Source: Squalus acanthias
Lineage: Eukaryota
Assembly (NCBI GenBank): GCA_030390025.1
Contig: CM059432.1
Span: 67,582,001-67,646,000 of the forward strand
Direction of reading: 5' to 3'
Length of the DNA stretch: 64,000 nt
Part shown: piece after piece, positions 14,601 through 28,240 of the stretch
Layout of the letters: each line of letters begins with the position of its first letter
Position numbering within the stretch: position 1 is the first letter of the stretch
Position numbers and translations under genes: made by a program
Notes under the pieces: generated by a model
What the model was told of the DNA's origin: nothing
Databases searched by the model: none
What the model saw: only the letters and a program-made list of their open reading frames with translations

Positions 14601-15648
14601 GCACATTCAGTGCGTGGTAACCTTTGCGGTTGCGGTACATCTCAGCATTTTTCTACGGTACCTGAAAAGCCACGTGCATGCAATCAATGGCGCCCTGCAC
14701 CATGGGGAAGTCCGCTATCCTGGCAAAGCCACGTGCAGGCTCTGCCTGTTTCTCTCTGGTCAGAGAGAAGACAATGAAGTCCCATCTCCTGGCATAAAGA
14801 GCATCTTTCACCTCTCTTGTGCAGCAGTAGACGGAAAACTGTGTGATGTTACAAATGTCGCCTGCTCCAGCCTGGAAGGATCCCGACACGAAAAATTCAG
14901 GGCCACGTCACCTTCACAGCACTGTCCTTGCCCTGGAGTGAGGCTGCAGGTCTGGTTGCAAGAGGTGGCAGAGTTCTGTGAGCACCTCCTCCATAAATCG
15001 CAGATGCCTCAGACGCTCCTCCTATTTCAGATTGAGGTAAGAAAATTGCTCTCGGAAGACCATAGGTGGCTAAGAGCTCTTCTCCCCCTCCTCCTCCTCC
15101 CTCTGTGAGCAGCTTGTCCTGTTCTTTGCTGCCTCTGCTCCATCTCCCTGTCATGCTGCAGGCAACTAGAGCACCCATGACTGGGAGCAAGTGGTCTTGC
15201 CAGAACCCTTGAATTCAGAACCAAGGCCTTCTCCGCTTGCAGCACCACTCCCTGTCACCTCACCAACTTTAACTAACTCTAGAAAGCTCCAAATAGTTCC
15301 ACAAACTTTCACAGAGCTAGTAGAAATCAAAAAGCAAGTTGCCTGAAAGTTGGTGATGATCCCTTTAAATATTGCTGGTAGGGGGTCCTTCCTGCTGCTA
15401 AACGCATGTTCAGCTGTGCGAGGTTAAGAGAGCGTGTTAGCTACAGCGGTGCTGGCATTAAATCAAGAATGCCTACTCACTATACTTCTAGCGCACAGGC
15501 CTAACAGCCACCCTACCACCCTCAACAAGATGGTGCCCGGCGCGGCCCACACAAGAAGTGTGTGCGCGCTGCTCTGACGCCATTTTCATCCCAATTCAGC
15601 ACCTGGAGCGCCAAACCAACGGGCGCTATGGAACAGAATTTCTAGGCC
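11681..15648 (-). mobile_element. Full-length but decayed PIF/Harbinger transposon (Myb gene on +, transposase on -)
   Basis: TIRs ggcctaaaatttc / gaatttctaggcc, TSD TAG both sides; minus-strand GSFQ, VQGAIDCMHV, NRKGYHALNVQLVCD, DAFIL, GDKGY; plus-strand RSWTQCREKFNDLTR. Confidence 0.88.
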
Positions 15649-15745
15649 TAGATTTCCATTCTACCTTTCCACCTACAGTGCGGATACTCAGGCATACCCC
15701 AGAACTGTTAGAAAGAACGTACAATATTTAACAAGCTTCTTTGCA

Positions 15746-16495
15746 TAGAATCATAGATTCACACAGCACAGAAGAAGGCGATTTGGCCCATCGTGCTTGT
15801 GCTGGCTCTTTGAAAGAGCTATCCAATTAGTCCCAGTCCCCTGCTTTTTCCACATATCCTTGCAAATTTTTCCTTTTCAAGTTTTTATCCAATTCACTTT
15901 TGAAAGTTACTATTGAATCTGCTTCCACCATCCTTTCAGGCAGTGCATTCCAGGTCATAACAACTCACTGCATAAAACACATTCTCTTCGTCTCCACCCT
16001 GGTTCTTTTGCCAATTATCTTAAATCTGTGTCTTCTGGTTATTGACCCTCCTACCAGTGGAAATAGTTTCTCCCTATCTACTCTATCAAACCCTTCATAA
16101 TTTTAAACACCATTATTAAATCTCCCCTTAATCTTCTCTGCTCTAAGGAGAACAATCCCAGCTTCGCTAGTCTCTCCACAGAACTGAAGTCTTTCATCCC
16201 TGGTACCATTCTAGCAAATCTCCCCTGCACCCTCTCCAAGACTTTCACATTCTTCATAAAGTGTGGTGCCCAGAATTGGACACAATAATTGAGCTGAGGC
16301 CTAACCAGTGATTTACAAAGATTTAGGATAACTTCCTTGCTTTTGTACTCTGTGTATCTCTTAATAAAGCCAGGGAACCCATATGCTTTTTTAACAGCCT
16401 TATCAACTTGTCCCGCCACCTTCAAAGATTTTTGTATGTGAAGCTCTAGGCCTCCCTGTTCCTGCATCCCCTTTAAAATTGTACCATTTAGTTTA
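15746..16495 (-). mobile_element. CR1 LINE 3' fragment
   Basis: Minus [42 protein letters not shown]-type tail at left end. Confidence 0.9.
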
Positions 16496-17500
16496 CATAG
16501 GTTTACATAGTATTTAAAGCACAGAAACAGGCCATTCGGCCAACAGATTCATGCTCCACACGAGCCTCCTCCCACCTTACTTCATCTCACCTTTTAGCAT
16601 ATCCTTCTATTCCTTTTTCCCTCATGTGTTTATCTAGCTTCCTCTTAAATGCATCTATGCTAGTTGCCTCAACTATTCCCTGTGGTAGCGAGTTCAACAT
16701 TCTAACCACTCTCTGGATAAAGAAGTTTCTCCTGAATTCCCTATTAGATTTATTGGCCCCTAATTCTAGTCTCCTCCGCAAGTGGAAACATCTTCTCTAC
16801 GCCTACCCTATCAAGCCCTTTCATAATCTTAAAGACCGGTCACCCCTCAGTCTTCTCTTTTCTAGAGGAAAGAGACCCAGCCTGTTCAATCTTTCTTGAT
16901 AGGTATATCCTCTTAGTTCTGGTATTATCCTAGTAATTTTGTTTGCACTTTCTCCAGTGTCTCTATATCCTTTTTTATAATATGGAGACCAGAACTGTAC
17001 ACAGTACTCTAAATGTGGTCAAACCAGGTTCTATAAAAGTATAACATAATTTCTCTGCTTTTCAAGTCTATCCCACTAGAAATAAACCCCAGTACTTTGC
17101 TTTAATTATGGCCTTATTAACCTGCGTTGCAACATTTAATGATTTGTGTATCTGTACCCCCAGATCCCCCTGCTCCTCTACCCCATTTAGACACCTATTT
17201 TCCAAGGAGTATGTGGCCTCCTTATTCTTCCTATCAAAATGTACTATCTCACACTTATCTATATTGAAGTTCATTTGCCGATTACACGCCCATTCCGCAA
17301 GTTTATTAATGTCTTCCTGTATTTTGTCGCATTCCTCCTCTGTGTTAACTATACCACCCCCCTCCCCAGCTTGGTGTTGTCCGCAAACTTTGAAATTGTA
17401 CTTCTGATTCCTGAGTCCAAATCATTTATGTAAGTAGTGAACAACAGTGGTCCCAGCACCGATCCTTGTGGAACACCACTTCCCACTTTTTGCCAGTCTG
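16496..17500 (-). mobile_element. CR1 LINE 3' fragment (second subfamily)
   Basis: Minus strand GVPQGSVLGP, KFAD, MNFNIDKCEIVHF, RRNFFIQRVV. Confidence 0.88.
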
Positions 17501-17857
17501 ATTATATTGTCTCTCCTCATTCTTCCTTTCAAAAGGTATCACTTCACACTTCTAAGCATTCTTCTGAGGATCTGCTTCTCATTCTACTGATCACTTGCTT
17601 CGACATTGTGCAGACCCAGGCAATCCTGCCTCTGTCCTGCAAATTGACTGTATTATTCCAGCTGGGAGCCTGCATGTTTCAGGGTTCTTCCCCTGCAAAT
17701 TGTTTAGAAGGAAGTGCAAACAAGGAATTGACGGCAACTTGAGAAGTACTTGGTTTCTGTGCAGCTGCCAAAGTATGAGTCTTGATGACAACCATTGATC
17801 CCTGTGTGTAGAGACCATTCTATTGCTGCAAAATCTCTGAATCCCTCTCCAGCCAAT

Positions 17858-18298
17858 GGTCACTCTGGCCTCTGAGTCAAAATGTTGTGGGTTCAATCCC
17901 ACTCCAGGGACTGGAGCACAAAATCTAGGCTGACACTCAAGTGCTGTACTGAGGGAGTGCTGCACTGTCGTAAGTACTGTCTTTCAGATGAGACATAAAA
18001 CCAAGGAGGTTTGCCCTCTCAGGTGGACATAAAAGATCCAATAGGACTATTTGAAGAAGAGCATGGGAGTTCTCCCAGTGTTCTGGCCAACATTTATCCC
18101 TCAACCAACATTACTGAAACAGATTATCTGGTCATTATCTCATTGCTGTATGTGGGACCTTGCTGTGCACAAATTGCCTGCAGCGTTTCCTTACATTACT
18201 ACAGTAACTACATTTCAAAAGTACTTCATTGGCTGTAAAGCACTTTGGGACATCCTGAGGTCATGAAAGGTGCTATATAAATGAAAGTTCTTTCTTTT
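17858..18298 (+). mobile_element. Deu-domain SINE with tRNA-like head
   Basis: B-box-like gggttcaatccc at ~17889, then Deu core and tail gctatataaatgaaagttctttctttt. Confidence 0.85.
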
Positions 18299-19261
18299 AG
18301 TGGCTGTTCCTAGTGGGTTTCCAAGTGTTTCAAAACTATTATTCATCATGACTTGGTACGTGGATTTCAATGTCACAACAACTTCAGTGAAAACATATGT
18401 GAGAGATGATCCAACTAGGCTTGCCTGAGGGCTTCCCTGCAAATGTAACTGATGTTGCATGGCAGTCTGCTTATGAGTCTATAATTGTATAAACAAAAAA
18501 CATGGTCATTTCCTCCTTCTTGTACATCATCTATGTCAGATATAACCTCCATTAAGGCCTCCCTGAAGGGAGTGAGAGGTTTCAATAGCTGTGCCCTGCT
18601 GTCTCAATGCCCTTTTCTGCAAGAAAAGGAATATGTACTGAATGAGTAGATGTATTGCATATTTCAGGTAGCAGCAGTTTTATGGGCTCCTATACAAAAT
18701 TATCTGCTTCGACAATACTCCTAACCAGTTGTTTGAAAGTAAAGTATCAAGGAGTTTCTGAGGGGAAGGTGAACAGCCAAAGGTTGTGGTCCACATCGGT
18801 ACCAACGACAAAGGTAGAAAGAGGGATGAGGTCCTGCAGGCAGATTTTAGGGAGCTAGGAAAGAGATTAAAAAGCAGGACTTCAAAGGTAGTAATCTCCG
18901 GATTACTCCTGGTGCCACGTGCGAGTGAGTACAGAAACAGGAGAATGGAGCAGATGAATGCATGGCTGGAGAGATGGCTCAGGTGGGAGGGCTTTAGATT
19001 CCTGAGGCATTGGGACCATTTCTGGGGAGGTGGGACCTGTACAAACTGGACAGGTTGCACCTTAACAGGACCGGAACCAATATCCTCACGGCGGGGTTTG
19101 CAAGTGCTGTTGGGGAGGGTTTAAACTAGCTTGGCGGGGGATGGGAACCTGAGCGTAGATTCAGAAGGGAGAGAAGCAAAGCTGGAAATGGAAGACAGAA
19201 AATTAGTAAGCGTGTTTGGAAAGTAGAGGAAACAAAGGCTAGAAAATAGACAACAAGGGAG

Positions 19262-20901
19262 TGTAAGGGGTTTCAAACGGTACTGATGCGAGGTTAGGCC
19301 TTCGTTGCCTATACTATTGCTTGCTCTGGTCTCCGGCCAGCCTTTTTGCAATAAGCACCTGTGAGTGGTTCGACCCACTCGCCCTTACGGTTCTGACACC
19401 TGGACTTAGATGCAAGGAGCAGTAATGCAGAGAAAAACTCAAATAGACCCGGTTGAATAGCACGAAATGAAAATCTTTATTGCATGGCGTCTAAAATCAT
19501 GAAATACATGTCATAGGCGCAAATCAAAGAGAGTACAAGTATACACACGTTCATAAAGCTTGGTCTATGGAAATGGGGAACACACGGCACATCGTAAAAC
19601 GGGGTACACATTATACCTTAACCTTATAAAAACCACCCTCCCTTTAATAATACCTAAACTACGTCTGGATTTGTAGGATCGTAAAACATGCTCACCACTC
19701 GTTTTACTTCGGAGATTTTAAAGTGAGGCACTCAGCTCGTTTCGCTGCAGCGCCTGACTGTCACGTGTTTGGAAGGGTTTCTGCACCCCACTTGTTTACT
19801 TTTGCTGCTGCGACAAGCAGGCCAGACTCTCTGTGGTCATGAAGCAGTCGATGGACTCAAACCGTCTTAAAATTCAAAGAAGGGTCTTCCTGTGCTGCGG
19901 CACATGTAGAAGTCGGTAGAACTCAAAGGAAAGCTCTTTTAGTTATATTTTCGGGCGCGGTCGGGGTTTACTGACCGTGGCGGTACGTGGAATTTCTTCT
20001 CGTCTTCTTCTCTTCTCGTCTTCTCGGGCCTCCGGGTCCAGACACCATTTACCGACACTCAGGATGGTGTACCCTGTTACTTGCCCTTGTCGAGGCGGCT
20101 CGTTCCGATTGAGCTCCACCCAACACTCGAATAACCGACCAGTACGGCTAAGAGTCAGGAGTCAACAGAGTCCAGAGAGAAAATCAAAAGTCCAAAAGTC
20201 AAGCCAGTTCGGGAAGAGCTTCAGCAAGGGTCAGCAGAGAGATAAGAGGAATAAGAGATCGATGGACATTTGTTCTCTATAGTTATACTGATGTGTCCGC
20301 TTTATCTCCCGCTCAAATCTAAATGTTTATCCTTTGTGTGATTTTGGCACTTAAAATCCCAGCATGGGGCGATTATCTTCTTAACGGGTTTCGGTAGCAC
20401 CTGAAACTGGCCAACTATCCGTTAATGTTTTCCCCATTGTAGAGCCAGCCAGGATGTGTATGAATCGTCTCCTCGACTGGTTTTGGGGCCCCCCGAATAC
20501 TTGCTTAATCACCCGCCAATGTCTCTCTCATTGTTGAGCCGGGGGGGTATTTGTGTATTGATGTGTCTGGATGGGCCTTCGATTGCCCAGTTCAATGATC
20601 CTTACTGTGCATAGGAAAATGATTCCAGCACTTATATCATTGCTATTGTTCACAATGCAAACGGGTTGCATCCTGTCTTTATCAATGTTTACCGAGTATG
20701 ATCCAATCTCATATTGAATGTATATTCGACGCCATCTTGTCTGCCCACTGTGTTTCTGGAAGCTTCTGCCACAATGCGTGGCAGCCATTTTACAGGCTTC
20801 TGTGTCCTTTATTATCAGGACAGCATTTCGTTTAATAAAACTGATCAATTGAATCTGCTTCTCTCATGTTATTTTGAATCGCGATAATTGCGAACTCTAC
20901 A
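19262..20901 (-). mobile_element. Solo LTR (1640 bp), diverged relative of the provirus LTR at 50847
   Basis: TG...CA ends; TSD GGAG (19258-19261 / 20902-20905); reverse complement begins tgtagagttcgcaattatcgcgatt versus tgtagaattcgcaatatatcgcgattt; shared aataaagatttt, gagtggtgagcatg, cacggtcagtaaa. Confidence 0.92.
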
Positions 20902-21285
20902 GGAGTTTGGCAGTGCTAAATGGTATATACTTCAACGCAAGGAGTCTAGGGAATAAAGCAGATGAGCTGAGGGCACAGATAGACACGTGGGAGTATGATA
21001 TTATAGATATTACTGAGACATGGCTGAAAGAAGGGCAAGAATGGCAGCTCAACATTCCTGGTTACAGGGTTTTCAGATGAGATAGAGAGGAGGTGTCGCA
21101 ATATTGATTAAAGAATCAGATACAGCTGTGAGGAGGGAGGATAGCTTAGAAGGATCATCCAATGAGGCCATATGGGTTGAACTGAAAAACAAAAAAGGGG
21201 CAATCACACAGCTGGGAGTGTACTATAGGCTCTGAACAGTCAGAGGGCGATAGAAGAGCAAATATGTAGGCAAATTTCTGAGACA

Positions 21286-22925
21286 TGTAGGGGGTGGTGG
21301 TTTGTGTCAGCTTTACCTCTGACTTCTGAGCGGTTCGAATCGCTCCCACTCCCTTGGTTCGAGACCTTGGACTTATTTGGGGGTTGTGACAAAAGGTGCA
21401 GCAGACAACTGAGTTTGATGAAAGAACTTCAATCTTTATTAAAAGGTAAGACACAAATAATAACACTCTTAATACTCTAAAGGTGGGGAACACTTTGGTA
21501 CAAGTGAGGGAAATGACAGTAGAACAATACTTCACCCCTCCCAACCCCACTTTACTAGCTAAGTTAGGCTTTGAAGGACCAGGGATAATGCTCACCAATC
21601 CTTTGACAGTTGGGCTAAATCGCAGTTTTGGGGTTTGCTGTTTATGGCGGTTAGTGTCTGCCGTACCCCGTACGCGGTAGAGGACTTCACCTGGGTCTCT
21701 GGTCAGTCTTCGCGAGTCCGCTGATGCGGTAGGATGTCGTTTTGGATTTATCTGGTGAGTACCCAATTTCTTTGGTTTAGCAGTAGGGTTTAGAGTCTTT
21801 GGGAAAATCTTACTCAGGGGTAAGTCAGGAATAGATTGTAGTGTGGAAACTTTGCGGTTCTTCGGGTTTTCTTCCCTTGAGTTGGTCTTTGTTGGTCGCG
21901 GTGGCCTGCTATTACCCGGTCCATTGGGGGTAATATGCGGTTGTTGGTTACTTGAGGCCTTTGGTTTCCGCGATGGTTTTAGGCCTTGTCTAGTGTGTCG
22001 GTCGACCTCGTGGAGCCGTCGGTGACTTGTTGCTGCTTGTTGCTCTGGGTGACTGTGTTGGGACCGTTGTTGGAGGTCCGTCGAGGTGGTATCTTCACGG
22101 GCTGGACTCAGGTGTGTCTGAGTGGTGAGCGATGCCGACTTGCTTCCATCTCAGTTTGTCTTCTTCCTGGTTTCTTCTTCTGATGATGACCACGGACTTT
22201 GAACTGCTTAACGGGCCTTCAATTATATGGAATTGAAGTGGCCTTATCTACCCGCCAAATCTACTCAGTTCATTGTCTGGTTTTGGCGGGCTCGCAAATC
22301 GGTAATGACTTACTAGCGCGTTAACTGGTTTTTTAACAGGCCTTCAATCTCACCCATTGAACATGGCCTTATCTACCCGCCAAATCTACTCAGTTCATTG
22401 TCTGATTTTGGCGGGCCTGTTACCAGTAACTGCTCTGTAAGTGTCAAATGGCTTTTGGGATGGTTTGCATCCTCTCGATCTCCTTGGTTGATCACTGGTG
22501 ATTGATTTTGTGTTTTGGGTTTCTAGGCTGGACTCGGTCTTTTCTATAGAATGGTCCTGAGTGGGTTTTATTATGCATGTTTCTGATGGGCCCTGTAATC
22601 GGTTTTGATGGGGCCTGTATTTTGGGTGGGACTGTCTTCTCCTAGGGTCTATTGTTCAAATGTTAATGTCTGCTGGGGCTTGAGTGAGGTCATCCCGGTT
22701 CCTCAGACAGTGCAATTAACTGCAATAACCAATCTGCTTTTACAGAGGTCGAGCCCACCTCCTTGTCCCTTTACAGGCCCAGACATAGTTTTAAAATGCC
22801 AAAACTTGGTTTTTGGTCTTAAATTTCTTAGGTTAGGCCCAAATACATTTTTATCACTTTGACAGAGTTCCAAAGTCCTTTTTCCTTAGGTTTTTGGGGA
22901 TCTGCAAAATTTTGGAAACCTTACA
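21286..22925 (-). mobile_element. Probable solo LTR of a second family (1640 bp)
   Basis: Interrupts the CR1 endonuclease region; ends tgtag...ttaca; minus-strand aataaagatt at ~21431-21440; no coding motifs; TSD not clean (gaca/acgt). Confidence 0.7.
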
Positions 22926-25737
22926 ACGTGCAAATATAGGGCAGTAATAGTAGGGGATTTCAACTTCCCTAATATTAACTGGGATAAAATTAGTGTGAAA
23001 GGCATAGAGGGAGCAGAATTCTTAAAATGCATTTCGGAGAACTTTTTTAGCCAGTACGTAGCAAGCCCAACAAGAGAGGGGGCGGTTCTGGATCTAGTTT
23101 TAGGGAATGAAGCTGGGCAGGTGGAAAAGGGTATCAGTGAGAGAGCATATTGGTGGTCGTGATCATAATTCAGTTAGATTTAGGGTAGTTATGGAAAAGG
23201 ACAAGGATAGACCAGGAATTAAAGTTCTCAATTGGGGAAAAGCTAATTTTACTAAGCTGAGAGGTGATTTAGCCAAAGTGGACTGGAGACAGAAACTTGA
23301 AGGTAAATCAATGTCAGAGCAGTGGGAGGCATTCAAGGAGGAGATAGTGAGGGTCCAGAGCAAGTATGTTCCCTTAAAGAAGAAGGGTGGGACTAACAAA
23401 TCTAGAGCTCCCTGGATGGCAAGGGGCATACAGGGTAGGATAAAGAAAAAAAGGGAAGTTTATGACAGATACCGAGGACTCAATACTGCAGAAAGCCGAG
23501 AGGAGTATAGAATGTGCAGGAGTGAAATTAAAAAGGAAATTAGGAAAGCAAAGAGAGGGCATGAAAAATATTGACAAGTAAAATCAAGGAAAACAAAAAG
23601 ATATTTTATAAATACATTAAGAGCAAAAGGATAAATAAAGTAAGAGTAGGGCCTATTAGGGACCATAAAGGTAACCTATATGAGGAAGCGGAAGACATGG
23701 GTACGGTTCTTAATGAATACTTTGTGTCTGTTTTCACAAAAGAGAGGGACGATGCAGACATTGCAACCAGGGAGGAGGAGTGTGAAATATTAGACTAAAT
23801 TAACATAGTGAAAGAGGAAGTATTAAGGGGGTTAGCATCTTTGAAAGTGGGTAAATCCCCAGGCCCGGATGAAATGTATCCCAGACTTTTAAGAGAAGTA
23901 GGAGAGGTGGAGGACTGCTAATGTGGTACTGTTGTTTAAAAAGGGAGAAAGGGATAGACTGAGTAATTACAGGCCAGTCAGCCTAACCTCGGTGGTGGGA
24001 AAATTATTGGAAAAAATTCTGAGGGACAGGATAAATCTTCATTTAGAAAGACACGGATTAATCAAGGACAGTCAGCATGGATTTGTTAAGGGAAGGTCGT
24101 GTCTGACTAACTTGATTGAATTTTTTGAGGAGGTAACAAGGAGGGTCGATGAGGGTAGTGCATTTGATGTAGTCTATATGGATTTTAGCAAGGCCTTTGA
24201 TAAGGTCCCACATGGCAGACCGGTCACAAAAGTAAAAGCCCATGGGATACAAGGCAAAGTGGCAAGTTGGATCCAAAATTGGCTCAGAGGCAGGAAACAA
24301 AGGGTAATGATTGAAGGGTGTTTTTGTGACTGGAAGTCTGTTTCCAGTGGGGTTCTGCAGGGCTCAGTACTGGGTCCTTTGCTTTTTGTGGTATATATCA
24401 ATGATTTGGACTTGAATGTAGGAATGTAGGAAGTATGATTAAGAAGTTTGCATACAGATGATACAAAAATTGTCAGTGTGGTTGATAATGAAGAAGAAAG
24501 CTACAGACTGCAGGAAGATATCAATGGACTGGTCAGGTGGGCAGAACAGTGGCAAACGGAATTCAATCTGGAGAAGTGTGAGGTAATGCATTTGGAGAGG
24601 GCTAACAAGGCAAGGGATTACACTATAAATGGTAGGATACTGAGAAGTGCAGAAGATCAGAGGGACCTTGGAGTGCATGTCCACAGATCCCTGAAGGTAG
24701 CAGGACAGGTAGATAAGGTGATTAAGAAGGCATATGTGATACTAGCCTTTATTAGCCGAGGCATAGAATATAAGAGCAGGGAGGTTATGCTTGAACTTTA
24801 TAAAACACTAGTTAGGCCGCAGCTAGAATACTGCATGCAGTCCTGGTCACCACATTACAGGAAGGATGTGATTGCACTAGAGGGGGTGCAGAGGAGATTT
24901 ACGAGGATGTTGCCTGGGCTGGGGAATTTTGCCTATGAGGAAAGATTGGATAGGCTGGGTCTGTTTTCCTTGGAACAGAGGAGGCTGAGGTGGGACCTAA
25001 TTGATGTGTATAAAATTATGAGGGGCCGAGATAGAGTGGATAGGAAGGACCTATTTCCCTTAGCAGAAGGGTGAATAACCAGGGGGCATAGATTTAAATT
25101 AATTGGTTGGAGGTTTAGAGGGGATTTGAGGAGAATTGTTTTCACCCAGAGGGTGGTGGGGGTCTGGAACTCACTGCCTGAAAGGGTGGTAGAGGTAGCG
25201 ACCTCATTACATTTAAAAAGTTCTTGGATATGCACTTGAAGTGTCGTAACCTACAAGGCTACAGACCAAGTGCTGGAAAGTGGGATTAGGCTGGATAGCT
25301 CTTTGTTGGCCGGCATGGACAAGATAGACCGAATGGCCTCCTTCTGTGCTCTTAATTTTTATAATTCTATGATTCTGTGAGTGAGAGAAAAACACAAGTA
25401 CATGTTCATATATCCTACCTTATGACATTTCGGCACAATTCAATAAAATGAATCCACTTTTAGCACTGTAAGATCATATAACCACCAAACAACAACAAAA
25501 GAAATAAAATAAGGTATCAACAAATGTTGATGTATTCTAGAAAAAATTTGAAAGATTTCATTTTGAATGACATGTAAGAATTGTTTTCCCCCAACTGACA
25601 ATTTGACGTTCAAATGGTGATCAGCTCAAATTCAAAAGTTCTTGTGATTTCCTAAGTGGTATTTTATAGTGGCAGCGCAATTGTGATGAAGACAGCATGT
25701 GATTGTCTAACATTTTAGGGATTAAAATAGAGTCTAA

Positions 25738-26539
25738 GGTCTGGATTTTAGTCTGGAGGCGCTTTCCGTGAGGGGGGCTGTTTTGAGATCGGGAACCTGG
25801 AAGAACGGGTTTTTAACTGCAAGGCTCCTTTAAGTGTTTTTCTGTCGGTTTTCCGCCCACAGACAGCCTGATTGATAGGCTGGAGGCCTGTTGGATGGGA
25901 AAGTTTACAGCACAAGACCACAGCCGAGGAGAGCAGCTGGTCTAGTGGGGAATGAGAGAGTTCACCGGGGTGGGCGGGGGATGGGTCCCGGGGGGGTCCC
26001 GATCGAGGAGGGGGGTCTCAATCCCGGGGGGTGGGGTGTCCTGATCGCTGGGGGGTCCGATCACAGGGGTGGTCCGATGGTGGTCAGGGGGGTCCTATGG
26101 TGGTCACAGGTGTCTGATGGTGGTCGGGCGGGGTCTGATGATGGTCGGGGGAGGTTCCGATGGTGGTCGGAAAGTCCAGTGGTGGTCGGGGGGAGCAGAC
26201 AGATCGCAGGTGAGAAGGTTTACTAAGTAACTTGTTGGGCCGTGAGGAAACACTCCTGCTCCACTTGGCCTACAAGCAGTGTTGTAAAGGCACTTACCAC
26301 ATGGATTCAGCCCTTTTCGCTTCCTTTCACCGGACGGGATTCCTGAGGCCTGGGAAACCTGGCCGACATGAATTAGAAATAGAATGTCTGCTATAATGGT
26401 TGCCCGCCCCTCATCCCGCCTCCGTTAAAACCGGAAGTGGGCGGGTTCAAGGTGGTTTGGAATCCTGTTTCAGATTTTTTGGATTTTAACCTCTGTCTCG
26501 ACCCTAACCCATCTGTTTTAGGGAGTTAAGATTCTGCCC
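25738..26539 (+). mobile_element. MITE family A copy (G-rich internal repeats)
   Basis: Termini ggtctggatttta / ttaagattctgccc, TSD TAA; homologous to 27405-28240 and 31002-31912. Confidence 0.75.
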
Positions 26540-27404
26540 TAACTGCTTCCTTAGGCATTGTATTGACAACTGGGGATGTGAATTGAGGACCTAGCACCCT
26601 TTGGTTTCTATTATGTTCTTTGATAGAGTAATTCACATGTTGTTTAACTTTCAACCACCCAGACAAGATTGCAATTTCAGTTACTGTCAAGTATCAAAAA
26701 GAATCAAACTACTTGAAATGGTAACTTAACAAGCTTGGAATAGACAAAAGTTAATTTCCCTGATTGATGGACAACTGTAATACTCAGACACTGCACTAGA
26801 GAGCAATTAAATTCCCAGTGGTATTTATTGCATTCAAAGATCCTGCTATAACATGGAAGAATCTCCATGATGCTGCAGATTTCTTTATTTCTGACAGAGG
26901 ACCTGCAGGTTGACCTGCAGACAACTTTGAGAACAATAAGAGCTATGAAGGTCACCACTGGGTTAAGCATTTATGCAACCAGATCCTTCCAAGCCGCTGC
27001 AAGGGAAATATATCAATACGGTCAGTCTACTTTCCATAGACACAAGTGACAGGCACTTTGGGGCTGATAAACTAATGTTAAATGCCTGAATTGCTGAAGT
27101 GCATGGGGCATGAGTTCTCGTATTATCAAATGCCTCAGGCCTGAGGCTTACTATGCACATAAGGAGCTGGGGGCCTGCACACAAACTGTGTGCAAGTCTA
27201 ATCAAGATCCCAATTTTTATAGCAATTAGGGGGTGTGCTAGATGCCTAGTGACTGATTGGAAAAGACGCTTTAAGGGAGGTCTTTTAAAAAAAATTAACT
27301 TTCTTCTCCTGGGTGGTCCTCTCCTTCCAATGGGGCCAAATTTTCATCCTCCATCCCACTTCTTTGGTCTCCAAAGTCCAATCAACCAAAAGGGTAGAAT
27401 CATA

Positions 27405-28240
27405 GGGCTGAATCTTAACTCCTAAAAACGGGTGGGTTGGGGTTGTGTCAGAGGTTAAAATGCAAAAATCTGGAACAGGAACCGAACCAACCCACTTCAA
27501 GTTTTAACGGAGGTGGGACGAGGGACGGGCGACTAATCTACTCGCGGAAAGTGGGTTGGTCAATTAAATAATATAATGAGGCTGCCTGCCTTCATTTTAA
27601 CAGTGATTCTATTTTTAACCACAGACGGCCGGGTTTCCCAGGCATTGGGAAACTCGGCAGCTTAAAGAAGCTGTGAAGGGCTGAATCCTTGTGGTAAGTG
27701 CCTTTACAGCACAGCTTGTGAGTCAGGAGGAGCAGGAGTGTTTCCTCCAGGTCAAATAAACTACCCAGTAAAACCTGCACCGGCGAGCTGTCTGCTTCCT
27801 CTCCCCCACCATCGGACCCACCTTCCCACCCCGACCACCATCGGACCACCCCACCACCATCGGGCCCCCCGACAACCATCGGATCCCCTCCCCCGCAATC
27901 AGGACTCCCCCAGACCACCATCAGAACGCCGCCCCCTGCGATCAGGATCACCCAGACTACCATCAGTCACCCCCCTGCGATCCAGACCCACCCCCCACCA
28001 CGATCTCCCTCACTCCCCCAATACATCTCGTAGGCTTCAGCCTTGTGAAGCAGGCTTCCTGCCCAAAAGGCCTCCAGCCTGTCAATCAGGCTGCCTGTGG
28101 GCGGGGACCCCACAGAAAAATATTTAAAGCAGCCCTGCCGTTAAATTCTGCAGGACATTTGGGAATCCTGTTCTTCCGGGTTTCCCGACTTCACAACAGC
28201 CCCCCAGCACAGAACTGGCCTCCAGGCTAAAATCCAGACC
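27405..28240 (-). mobile_element. MITE family A copy, inverted orientation
   Basis: Termini gggctgaatcttaa / taaaatccagacc, TSD ATA, inserted in the ATAGAATC tail of the adjacent CR1. Confidence 0.75.

Larger units (their letters stand above)
18752..25375 (+). mobile_element. Long CR1 LINE (ORF1 SGNH-esterase C-terminus, ORF2 APE endonuclease + RT), decayed, interrupted by two LTR insertions
   Basis: VHIGTND (ORF1); YFNARSL, ITETWL, GDFN, NYRPVSLTSVVGK, QHGFVKGRSCLTNL, DFSKAFD, QGSVLGP; ttctatgattct tail; stops, frameshifts and a deletion near 23900. Confidence 0.93.
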
